The translations under genes and the position numbers were made by a program. DNA of 64,000 bases from positions 5,433,229 to 5,497,228 of the forward strand of contig NW_002060947.1 in the NCBI RefSeq assembly GCF_000150275.1, written 5' to 3'. Position 1 is the stretch's first letter. Each line of letters starts with the position of its first letter. The notes under the pieces were generated by a model. The model did no database searches. It was given only the letters and a program-made list of their open reading frames with translations, and was not told the DNA's origin. This document shows positions 1-11,905 of this stretch, in pieces. Source of the DNA: Trichoplax adhaerens. Taxonomy: Eukaryota; Animalia; Placozoa.

Positions 1-571
1 AGCCTATTGCTAGACGACTGAGAGTACTCGCTATTCATTTACAGTAGTATTAATTAATGCTTTGAACGATTGTGAAAGTGACTAGAAAGTGCACCGCTTA
101 GGTATTTACAATATTGTAGATGAAAGGAAACAAGAAATTGATAGTTTATCTTATATTTTCCGAGTCAACAGCGCTGTCGTTGATTAGTAGATATGGATAG
201 CTGATTGAATTTAAAATACTACAGTATATTACCTTTATCGCGATCCTGTAGAAGATATTTTAATTTATCCGATGCGATTTTTCCTTGTTGTAATAAAGTT
301 TGTAGTATGTTTGCTGAGGTTTCAGGGATTCTAGTATCGGAGTAGTCTGTTTCCCCCATGATCACATCATTATCTATTTCCATCAGGTCGGTTTCTATTA
401 CAAGCCATTATAAAATAAAGATTACATCATGTAAAACGAGTAAAATGGAAATTAAGTAATTCATTTATTAACTCTTCATTCCCGAAAAGAAGTCGAAACA
501 GAAAGATTGATGCATTGCAGTTAGAAGTGCATATAGAAATGATTTTTTATTTCCGTGAAAGTGGATAATGT
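1..571 (-). CDS. Exons of an unidentified minus-strand gene running off the left edge
   Basis: AG..GT-bounded, phase-compatible open segments at ~472-571 (STKDIIHFHGNKKSFLYALLTAMHQSFCFDFFSGMK), ~233-395 (TDLMEIDNDVIMGETDYSDTRIPETSANILQTLLQQGKIASDKLKYLLQDRDK) and 1-30 (STLSRLAIG). No family recognised. A candidate ATG exon at ~684-735 does not join in phase. Confidence 0.4.
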
Positions 572-1089
572 CCTTCGTGCTCTGACATTATGCATCTACA
601 CTAGAGTACAATATATTCATCTATCGTATGATATAACCATAAGCCATTTTAAGATTTAGATGATATCGTAAGACGCTAGTCACCTTGTTTATCCATCATG
701 ATTGGATGATGATAATTATACGCATTATTTGCCATCTTTTACTTTATTATTATGAATGAAAATATCACTCCGTTTACAAATTACACAGTCCAAGCGTTAA
801 TAACATGTCGGAAGCTGCAATCTTCGCCTTTTGCTTTCAACAAATTCCTGCAGCCGTCCGTTCTGATAGTGCGTTATACAGTAAGTGAACGTACTGTGCT
901 GCATCATATGGCATTGTACGGTACTGTACCAAGCGTAACACTTACTGTCCATACTCATGAAAGCCTAGTCATTTTCCCAAACATCCTTGCCCAATCATGC
1001 TCCTAGTGTATGCATCACGTGACAATCACAGCCTCGTAGTGGACGTGGCCATGACGTAGCATCACCTGACACTGGATCGCTAGACCTGA

Positions 1090-1400
1090 CAGTACAATGC
1101 AGTACAGTACTGTACATACTGTACTGTACATTACAGTACGATATACAGTACAGTACAGTACTGTACTGTAGTTTACTGTGCAATGTACAGTACTGTACTC
1201 TACACTGTACACTGTACTGTACAGCGTCTTTTTGGTAAGGGTAGACAGTACTGTACAGTACAGTACAGTACAGTAGAGCACAGTACCTTGCAGTACTGTA
1301 CATTACAGTACGATAGTACTGTAGTTTACTGTGCAATGTACTGTACTCTACACTGTACTGTACTGTACACTGTACAGCGTCTTTTTGGTAAGGGTATGGT
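1090..1400. repeat. TACAG/CTGTA low-complexity satellite with a ~150-bp internal duplication
   Basis: Interleaved (CAGTA)n and (TACTG)n runs. The block ending 'tgtacagcgtctttttggtaagggta' occurs twice (ending ~1242 and ~1396). Confidence 0.85.
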
Positions 1401-1555
1401 CATAACAGCTATTACCATGAAAAATGACAAGCTTTACAGTACTTTATACGATTACGACAAAAATGTGTGGAAAATCATTGGAAAATACCCTGATATTACA
1501 CCTAGAATCTCAAATGACTTTCCACACACTCTGTACAGCTCAGTACTGTAGTACT

Positions 1556-1952
1556 GTACGGTACTACAGTAGTAGTCACTGGACCGTGCCCAAGCCTAAC
1601 TAGTACTGGACGCCATGAACTGCAAAACAAAATCTTGGCTGATTCGCCATTTTAGCAAGATACTGTTGATTCAGCAGCATTCTGCTTCTTCTGGTGAACT
1701 CCACTGTTGGTTCTTACGCTCTTACTTGGTAATGTGACTACAAGTACCGTACAGTACCTTGTAGTATACAGTACAGTACTGTAATACGGTACGGTACTAC
1801 AGTAGTAGTCACTGGACCGTGCCCATGCCTAACTACTTAACTAGTGCTGGATGCCATGAACTGCAAAACAAAATCTTGGCTGATTCGCCATTTTAGCAAG
1901 ATACTGTTGATTCAGCATTCTGCTTCTTCTGGTGAATTCCATTGTTAGTTCT
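1556..1952. repeat. Direct duplication of a ~160-bp segment (period ~233 bp) between two divergent genes
   Basis: 'gtactacagtagtagtcactggaccgtgccc...aaaatcttggctgattcgccattttagcaagatactgttgattcagca...ttctgcttcttctggtgaa' occurs at ~1556-1713 and ~1789-1952. Confidence 0.9.
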
Positions 1953-2636
1953 GACTTCTGACACTCGTACTTTGTCATTACAGTCTACTGTACTGTAAGA
2001 CTACAGTACAGTCCAGTACTGTACAGTGTACAGTACTTTGCAAAACTACTGTACAGCGGCGGTACTGTACAGTACACCGCAAAGAGTACGTGACAGTCAG
2101 GCGCACCAACCTCACGTAGTCATGAGGGAAGTCACACCTAAATCACACCGGGTCTCTCATGTCCCCTATACTGCAGTATATGAAATATCCAGCAAGGGGG
2201 TAGACTGAAGCACGTACGCTAGGCGCGGTTGCCATCAACAATACCTACGGTACGGTCGGTACCAATGAAATTGCATCAACAGCGTCGGCCCACTGAAACC
2301 ATGGTAAAGCGATGACGACATATTACATGAGCATGTCCGGCCTTCTTGCATCAACATCAGCAAATGGTTGAAATGAATTGCTAAGTCATCGCTATAAATA
2401 TTCAATATCTGATCCGTTGATGTTGATTGAGTTAAAGTTGAGCTGGTTGAAGGAGCCAATCAAGTTGTATTGAAGAAGAAGAAGAAGATTGTTGCTAGGA
2501 CGTTATTCGGTAGTTGGTGATTGCTCATTCGTTTAAACCATTCATTCACTAGAATAACAACAAGCGGAGAAAAGAAAGAAAGAAAGAATTTTCAACAGGC
2601 AATTTGTGAACAACACTCAAACTATCTACAGTAGCA

Positions 2637-5529
2637 ATGGATAACAGTCATCATAAACAAGCTAATATCACCAGGCCTAAATGTAATGCGAAAATTAAAC
2701 GAGCTGGGCCTTATTTATTAGGACCTCGTGTTGGTAATTCACCTGTACGTAGTATTGTTCAATGTTTAGCCAAGTTAGAAGGGACTGATCAATTTTATAC
2801 TATGAAAATATTAACATTGAAAGATCTCACTGAAGAGAAACAAGACGATATCCAGGGTAAAATGTTAATGCATACCGAGTTTTCCTTGTTGTCATTACTT
2901 CAAGGTGAACCTGGAGTTGTTCAAATGCATCGTTTCTTTCAAGATGAAGTTTATGAACAGCCTACAGTACCTTCATCGCCACCACCGCCATCGCCAGCCA
3001 ACGATCGAAAACACGATAATGTCAAACAACTTCCAAAACGTAAACGTTTATGCATGGCTTTAGACTGTTTATATCCACACGATTACAATCATAGTTCCGG
3101 CGATTTAATCAACTGTCAGCACTATGTTATAAGAGAGAAGAGACTATCGGAAATGGAAGCAATCATGATATTTACCGACATCATGAAAGTGGTTGAAAAT
3201 TTACACAAGGTACGGTAACATCATAAAAATGCAAATCTTTTCAATCAGTCAATGGTATTCGAATATTCATCCGAGGATTGAATTTAGTTCAAATGGATTC
3301 CTTCTATCCGCAATGTTGGACTCTCTTTACTGACTTAATATCCTATCAGCTATTACTATAAAGCTTATTTTTTGATTCAATAATAGCGTACATGTACAAT
3401 AGTGTTAGAAAATTCTTGTTGTCCATACTACTCCTTTTGTTATTATTTTCCTCCTATCTTATGTTCAAATTTTGTATTGGCAGAAAAACATCGTTCACCG
3501 TGACTTAAAACTAGGCAATATGGTCTTAAATAAAAGGTATGATTAAAGTTTTCCTCAATTTTAATTTATTTTATACAGCGATCAAGAAATACATGTACGC
3601 CATTAAACTCATCCCTGCAATAATACATACATTCCGTATTTCATATTAGTTGCAGTATAGTATTAAATTGACAGACGCCAAGCTTCTCGGCTTTCTTCAC
3701 CAAAGACGTAAATAAATGAGCAGAATTTACTAAAATCACCTAGTCAGCAAAATGCTTGCCTATCATTTCTATTGATGTAACTTAATTAATAATGATATAC
3801 TCAGCATGATGGAAGTGTGAAATTGATATCGTGCAATTAATGACGTAACAAATTAGCAGAATTTACTAAAATCGCCTAATCAGCAAAATACTTGCCTATC
3901 ATTTCTACTTATGTAACTTAATTAATAATGATATACTCAGCATGATGGAAGTAAATTGATATCGTGCAATATATTGCAAGTGCTATTGACCTCAGTTTAT
4001 AGGTACGTATGCTTAATTAATATGAGTGCAATGCGTATCTACACACACTACCATGAAGTGCTTGCTGATTGATCAATATCCGCTCTGTAATAAAGTATCA
4101 ACTCGTGTACAATTTGTAACAAACACCTATATCATTATACTATCCATCTTCATAATGTACATTTATTTCTACATTGCCGAAATTATAACTATCATTACGT
4201 TGGCTTCGCTTAATATCTTCAAGAAATAACAATCCATAATAATATATTTGGTTAGAACTAGACGTGTTACAATTACCAACTTTTGCCTTGGCAAACATTT
4301 ATTAAGTGATGATGAATTATTGACGGATCAGCGAGGCAGTCCAGCATACATCAGCCCAGATGTTTTAAGTGGTAAGTACTTTATGGTACTAAAAGTAGTC
4401 GAGGTTGATCACTAAGTTTAGAAACTTAGGATACTTTATATTATTAAAGTATTAATGTGCTAAGTACAAATAAATTAATACCTGATTGATTCTCATTCAT
4501 ATTCAGCACAAAATCAAAGTATGTTTTAATTTGCTACACTCGTATAACTGCAACAATTCTAGGTACCCCTTATGCTGGTAAAGCTAGCGATATTTGGGCT
4601 CTTGGTGTCGTTCTCTTTACCATGCTGTACGGTCAATTTCCATTTTATGATAATATGCCTCACGAACTCTTCAGAAAAATTAAAGCTGCGGAGTACCTGC
4701 TGCCTGAGTAAGCCAGTATTAGACTTAACGGCTCTACCAATTAATCTATGCTTTAAATCAAATTTTCTTTTAGTAAAATAACTAGATAAATTAGCAATTT
4801 TATTAATTACCAAACTAGGCATAAACTGTTGTGACAAAATGAAATACCACAACAGGATATAATCCTCCTGTGACGTACAGTAATGTTATTTTGACTTGAC
4901 AATTAACGGATTTTGCTTCTCGTATACTTTCTTTAGTGACCATAGAGTTTCTCCTGCCGTAAAATGTATTATTAAGAAAATCTTAGTCTTGAACCCTAAG
5001 AAGAGGCCCACTGCATCTGACCTACTTCGACATTCCTATAGTTTACTATATACCTGGTAAATTTTCGATATCAGTTCGTCCTTACGATAATATTATCTAA
5101 AAACTATTATTATTACTGCATTTAAAAGGGTTATTATAATAAAAAAATCTGTTTATTCGACTGCTAATAGTTTACATCTCGACAATTTCGAAAAAAAACA
5201 GGTTTATTCCGAAGAGTATTGATGAAAATGATCAGTGCGTACCGGAAATGCCCAGCGATGACATGACTAATACTATGGACAAAGTAACACAAAAAGATGA
5301 GAAAGATTTAAGGAAGCAATGCCTACAATACTTTGATAATTCATTCTATGGCAAGAAAACACAATTTTTAAATATGCAATTATTAACAAGGAAAAGGAAA
5401 GCAGCGTCCATACCAGTACAAAGTATACACGAAGACGCCCGGCCGTTAACACCTGTAGAAACTGAACTTATGTCGAGAAGAGGATATCTTCAACCTTTTT
5501 CACCTTATTTATCAAATAATCTGAACTAA
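2637..5529 (+). CDS. STK40: Serine/threonine kinase 40 (Tribbles-related pseudokinase), 6 exons
   Basis: Exons 2637-3209, 3484-3536, 4256-4371, 4563-4707, 4937-5056 and 5202-5529 have GT-AG introns and splice in frame. Motifs KRAGPYLLGPRVGNSPVRSIVQCLA, IVHRDLKLGNMVL, ITNFCLGKHL (NFC in place of DFG), DQRGSPAYISPDVLSG and WALGVVLFTMLYGQFPFYD match STK40. Confidence 0.95.
3705..3970. repeat. Tandem duplication (2 x ~135 bp) in STK40 intron 2
   Basis: 'gacgta...gcagaatttactaaaatc...cttgcctatcatttcta...atactcagcatgatggaagt...aattgatatcgtgcaat' at 3705-3837 and 3842-3970. Confidence 0.9.
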
Positions 5530-6606
5530 TCATAAGCAATGTAATTAGCTTACCAATAGAATCCAAAATTCTCAAAATGTTATATTTTTATTATCAAGAC
5601 AGTTCATATACTGGAGAGATTAACCCGTATTACGTAATGTATTACTCAATTGGCATTGCATACGTTTATGATGTAATTTGTAATGAAACACGTCGCCTTT
5701 GTGTAGCTAGTAACGTATAATACTTGCTCCTTTTTTACTACGCATATAAACATAGCAGATAAGTTTCTAGGATCTCTTATCATAAGTTGCAACGTATTGT
5801 AAATCTAACAACCAAAATAGAGCCATTGCATAATTTATTAATTCTACATTCAACAAAAGGATACACCAACCAATAGCGCGATTTGGTCTTTTTGAAAACT
5901 AAGGTAATGTTTTATAACCTACAAAGTGTTTTTCTACTGCATGACCATGATTTTCCACTTTCGAAATATCCCAGATATGACATAGCATCGTTTACATTCG
6001 CGTACATCGTGTCCTGGTATGTGAGTTCGTACGTACACTGACACTCAGTTATCTTAATGATCCTATTGAATTAGCACATTCAGTGCATGTAAATGTACGC
6101 GTATATATATTCTTACGTATTTATACCATTTTATTTATTACTGTGTATTGTTTACAAAATTTAGAGCAAAATTTCGATCGTTTATACTATGTTGTTGATG
6201 CTATATTCGAAATGTCACGATTCTGCAACTGTATTACAAATTGAAATAAAAATTACTTACTGTACCATGATTTTGTATTCATATAAGATTTTTTAGACAA
6301 TGAAACTATCGTACTTCTTAATCTGCACGTTAACTGATATTACAAGAATAGACTCTAGACACAACAAGCTTTTAAAAATGCCACAATACCTCAGTGATGG
6401 ATTACCTTTACAATTATTATCGCAAAGCGATAATAATTGCATATATACGTATAATTTATTCTTAGTATTTTGGCAATAAAGATTTATAGGGCGGCATGAT
6501 ATCTATCACAATACTATGTAAAAACTTCATTATGTCTAAAAATTACAACCGATTAAGTACTAATTTAAGATGATATCAATAAATAATTATCCTAGACTTC
6601 GTTCGG

Positions 6607-9085
6607 TTACGAGGAAATAAATCCTAACTCATTTTCGAGTATGCAACCTACATCAAATAGTCTATTTTCTCGGAAAGATGGCGCCACCAATGACATAGAT
6701 ATTGGCAATCCTTTCTTTGCCGTCTTAGTCGGAATAACTAGAGACGGTATACCTAATTAGAGATAGACAAAATTATTATGGATTGTTGAAGGTGATCATA
6801 GAATGATCTAGTGCAAAACAGTAAAATTTACCTGCTAAATTCGCTCCTGCAAGATAGAAATCATGATGAAGACTCTCCACAATATTTTGCTCTTCATAAG
6901 GCCTAACAGCGTCAGCGACAGTTAAAACGGAAGGACTTAAAATCATGTCAATTCCATTGCCAAACGCATTCTTATAATCATTCAATATTAAACGGCGAAC
7001 TTTTTGCGCTTGTTCCAAATAACGGCCACGGTTACTGAAAAATCGATATTAATTAATTAATATCAGCTAAAGTACGAAGTAGGTAGCATCTACACAAGCA
7101 GCAACAAGTAGTTGAAAATATTTACCTCCTTAAGGAAAAATAAGTGCCAGCAAGAATCCTTCTCCTAACCGCAGGGCCAAAACCTTCTTCGCGGCTTTGA
7201 CCATAAACTTCGTCCGTAGTTTCACCGTTAGCACTTCTATAACCATATTGTAACCCATCGTAACGTGCCATGTTTGAAGAAACTTCAACAGATGTCAATA
7301 CGATGTAACACGGCATGACCAAATAAGAGTGTGGTAAGGAAATTTGAACAATTCTTGCTCCCAATGATTCCAACATTTCGGTCGTTTCCGACCAACTTTC
7401 TAATATCTCCTTGTCTAATTCCGCAATGTGATGTTCCTTGCGAAAGTGAACGTCAATAACGAATTAGTTGTTGCAGACGATCTGCCAACTCGCTTGTAGT
7501 ATCATTATGCAAATGCCCATTGTTGTCTAAACTAGTCTACTGTACTACATATACCTTTGCTATACCAATAGTAAACATAGATAGTGGCTTATCCGCGACA
7601 TTTGCGGACTCTTCCAATTGATGATCTTGACACTTAATAGGCCTTCGACTCGATGTTGCATCCTTGGGATCATGGCCAGCTACAATTTCATATACCAATT
7701 TTATATCCTGTACGCTTCTAGCAACAATTCCAGGGGCATCAAAAGAGCTTGCTAAAGGAATAAGCCCATACCTAGATAATCGACCGTAAGTAGGTTTTAA
7801 GCCTGCCAACCCACACCAAGCAGCCGGTAAACGAACCGACCCTCCGGTATCAGATCCCAGGGCCCTAAATGCGTATATCGAATATAATATATATATAAAA
7901 TGACTTAAGCTTCACTTGACTGTACACACGGAAGGCATTCCTTTAGCCTAAAATTATGGTAAACTACAACGAATTAAAAACAATATGAGTATTATTGTTT
8001 AATCTATTATATTATTACATACACTAATGACATGCCTGCAGCGACGGCTGCAGCGCTTCCACCAGAGCTTCCACCAGCTAAATATCTCTGGCTCTTATCA
8101 GTGCTATCACATAAGACAAGACCGAGATATAAACGTTAGTTGCGTACTGTACATTGCAGTTACTAAATTCATACTGTGTAATACATACGCAATTACGCAT
8201 TTCATTCAATTTTGATTCGATTATAGACTGTATTAATCTTCGACAAAAGAATTAACCTATCTTCTAAAGGCCAAGGATTTAAGGCAGGTCCGAATTCGCT
8301 TATAGCATTAGCGGTTCTATTTAAATACAGATAATTAATTGCGGCATTTTGGATAATATGAACATAACTACTGTAGTACAGTAGCCATTCTCTTGATGGG
8401 ATATGTAATTTTGAAATAAGTATTTTTTACCTACCCCATAGCAAATTCATCTAAGTTTGTTTTGCCAATTAGTATTCCCCCTTGATCAAGTAATCGCTGC
8501 ACAACCGTAGCATTAAGTGGTGGGACATATTCTAAAATTTTAATCAGTGACAGCATCTTAGCAGTTATCTCATTAATCGCTACCGCTGTAGGTACTGAAA
8601 CTAACTAATTACGATCTAGATTTAAATAAAAAAGCCGACTTCATCTCACCGAAAAGCGTTCGCGATGCACATGTCGTTTTTATACCTTTCGTACTAAAGT
8701 TATCTTTGACAGCAAAGGGAATTCCATCCAGTGGACCTAATGGTTGGCCTAACAAATATATTGGAAAGAATCTTGAGTCATAAATTAGATTGCATAGAAT
8801 CTATTAAAATAATGTACCAATACTCTAGCAAGGGAATAAATGGATGGATGAGGCAGTGCTCATCATCACCTTTCCTACATCTTATTTGCAATCTATTGCT
8901 GCATACATGCTTTAAACCTAAATTATCTACCTTTTCTTAGTCTCTCTTCCGATGCTTTTATTTGTTCAGTTATAATATTCTGGTCGGTGTTGTAAACGAA
9001 AGCATTATATTTATCAGCGATAGCCAAACAGGACGAGCATAATTCTGAAACCGTAAGCTGCCCTTCCCGCAGTAACTGGGCTGCC
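6607..9085 (-). CDS. QRSL1: Mitochondrial glutamyl-tRNA(Gln) amidotransferase subunit A (GatA); short first exon not resolved (probably 9100-9340)
   Basis: Exons at about 8932-9085, 8651-8748, 8456-8531, 8258-8317, 8023-8077, 7554-7864, 7125-7436, 6832-7034 and 6607-6752. They encode [24 protein letters not shown], the amidase signature [52 protein letters not shown] and RRRILAGTY. Stop TAA at 6607-6609. Confidence 0.93.
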
Positions 9086-10163
9086 TTTATAATAATAATA
9101 ATTCAATGGTATCATAAATTCATTTACAACAGGTATGTTCTTCATACATTTTAAGCTATCATTCTATAAACAGATGAAAATTTCTAATTCCTTAGCGACT
9201 TCAATCGAGCTCAATCTGGAAATACGTCACTAGATACCATGCAAAATATGCTGCTAACGTGATGCACCAGTACGATACTGATAAAGAACTTCATGTACGT
9301 GTATCCAGAAGGAAAATGCATGCAGCTTGTCATCATCTGCAAAACGGAAGAGGTTGACACGTGATAGACGGTATAGTCCTACACTTTGGAAACTTTTCTA
9401 TATTAACCTTTTCACTACTGCCGCTTGGAATCTACTATATTGATTGTCCATTACTCACTCTATACCTCAATCATTGGAGATCAAAAATAATAACTGTACG
9501 ATCTTTATGTGATTTGTAATAAAACGAGTGACAATGATGCTACAGTAACACAATATTTCCTATGCATCAAAATCATCCTGACGTGCTTTTCTTTCCATTG
9601 CCCAACTACGCTTACATAATATATCTTTAATAAGATCTAATACTCTCTTAGCGAACAAATAGAGTGAAATGATGGCATGCAAATTGATGTTATGTTGCGA
9701 AGCATCTGATTGCTGCATATCGATTTTCGAATTGTCACTTCAAATATTACCAGCTATTACCTTGGTTACTGACATACGCAGCATCTTCCAATCGTATCTA
9801 CTTGACTGATACCATTCTATCTTCAAATGCTTTAAGTAATCAATCAGTAGAATGTAGTTTCTACCTGGATCACCACTACGACCTGGCTTAGCACTCTGCC
9901 TTCAGTAGTGTAGAAATGAATCAATTAAGGCTAATTTTAACTTGAGCAAAGTATATTATATACCAGAAATACCTAAACATGCCATCCGAGCCATACTGTA
10001 AGCCATCAATGAGTACTATCGGTGTGTACAATTGTTAGCCAGCTGACTTTATGAAGACCAACTACTTCACTATTTGAGATACCGTCTGTCCGTAACTATC
10101 TAAAAAAGAGCTACTATGGTGTACAAGTGTGCACTAGTGTGGAGAAGGCCATTCCAGCCAGCC

Positions 10164-10661
10164 AAAACCTGTTACTAAACATGGCCGAAACTACTCTACA
10201 GTTACTCGGGTGCCCGACAAAGGACTATGGAAGAGACTCTTCTACTTTCCTATGGAAAGTAGCTCTTACTTGAAGTCAATAAAAGTTTTTCTTGCTAGCC
10301 AAAACCTGCTACTAAATCGCTAAAACTGCTCGACAGTTGCTCGGGTGCCCGACAAAGGACTGTGGAAGAACCTCAGCTACAGAAGTCAATAAAAGTTTTT
10401 CTTGCTAGCCTAAACCTGCTACTAAACATCGCTAAAACTGCTCTACAGTTACTCGGGTGCCCGACAAAGGAATGTGGAAGAAACTCTTCTACTTTCCTAT
10501 TAGCTCTTACTTGAAGTCAATAAAAGTTTTTTCTTGCTAACCCAAACCTGCTACTAAACGTCGCTGAAACTGCTCTACAGTTACTCGGGGGACTGTGGAA
10601 GAAACTCTTCTACTTTCCCATGGAAAGTAGCTCTTCCTTGAAGTCAATAAAAGTTTTTCTT
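10164..10661. repeat. Minisatellite, 4 copies of a ~110-137-bp unit
   Basis: Units start at ~10164, 10301, 10411 and 10543. Consensus 'aaacctgctactaaac...ctctacagttactcgggtgcccgacaaaggactgtggaaga...cttctactttcctatggaaagtagctcttacttgaagtcaataaaagtttttctt'. Confidence 0.92.
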
Positions 10662-11446
10662 CCATCTCTACGCTTTAGTAAATGCACAATAGAAAATGAG
10701 TTCTATAAGAATCATACAAGTATATTACTGCAAAATATAACTTTATATAGCTGTTAGCTACTGTGGCTTATACGTAAACAGTACAAGTAAATCGTTTCTC
10801 ATCATACCAACCACCATATGACGACTTTATTATTTTATTAAGCATAACAGGCTATTCTACTTCCTAGTGAGACCGTATTTGATGCCACTACTAGAAGTAG
10901 CTGCAACCTCTGCAATAAAGTGTGAATGTAATGCGCTGCTGCATGCATACGAGTATATCACCCGCTTAGTGCTGCGGCAAATGGCAACAGGCATGCCGCT
11001 TAAGGTGCATGCACCCCTAGTCCTTGCACTTTGCCGGAATACTTAGACATGAGCAAGGACTATATGTACATTACTATTGATATACCGCAAATTGCGTTTG
11101 TGCTAGCAAATGCTTTATGATCAACTACTGTTGATCGCGTAATATGCGGGGCAGCAGTCTGTATTATTTTTTGATCTTAACCTTCCCATTTGCTATAGTT
11201 AGTCTTCTAGCTAGGTACAAGTGACTAACCACAGACTTCTTATTAATGGCTGTGATAACATGCCTTCAAAATAATAATGCAAAAGCTACAGTTTCATATA
11301 AACTTCACTTTATTACATAAACTAGCAAATTAGGTTCGACTTCCACAACTACCAATGATTATCCAGATGCAATCAGGCTATCTAAATTATTTAAAATAAC
11401 ATTCATCATTTAAATATACAATCAGTAAAAGAATGGCTACTGTCCA

Positions 11447-11905
11447 AGTACAAAATCCAGTCATTTCGCCAAATGCCTAGTCAATTTGCAAACTGCCATA
11501 CATCTTGTATTATTAACCAATGCAAATGCTTTAAGGCTAATGTTAAGTGTAACAGTAAATGTCAAAATCAGAGAACAAGTAAAAATAAATAAAAATTTTC
11601 ATAATCACAACATTATCAATTCAATAATAACTCTTCATTGATAATAGTATCTCTAAATGTTTGGCAATTACTTCAGTAATTGCCAGTTGCATATGTATTG
11701 ATTATTCGAATCAGTCTATTATCATTATTATGTATAATTCATCAAAAAATATATAGATTCTCTGTTTTTTTAGTAATATTACTGCATGAATAAAGATAGC
11801 TTCTCATATTTGTAAAGAAAGACGGTTTCACTGATTGACTTGTTTTACTATTTTTGCAGTTTGCGAACTGACTAGGCATTGCGCAAATACACTGAACTTC
11901 GCACT
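11447..11905. mobile_element. Degenerate MITE-like element (~460 bp) with ~50-bp imperfect terminal inverted repeats
   Basis: 11447-11496 'agtacaaaatccagtcatttcgccaaatgcctagtcaatttgcaaactgc' aligns with the reverse complement of 11856-11905 'agtgcgaagttcagtgtatttgcgcaatgcctagtcagttcgcaaactgc'. The interior is AT-rich and non-coding. No clear target-site duplication. Confidence 0.5.

Noticed and set aside
995-1551. Overlapping ORFs rich in YCTV/YSTV
   Set aside because: Translations of the TACAG satellite that stay open in several frames on both strands.
4559-4852. ORFs overlapping STK40 exon 4
   Set aside because: Antisense or alternative-frame shadows of the real exon.
10164-10661. Palindromic repeats resembling a CRISPR array
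   Set aside because: Sequence between the palindromes is also repeated, so this is a minisatellite.
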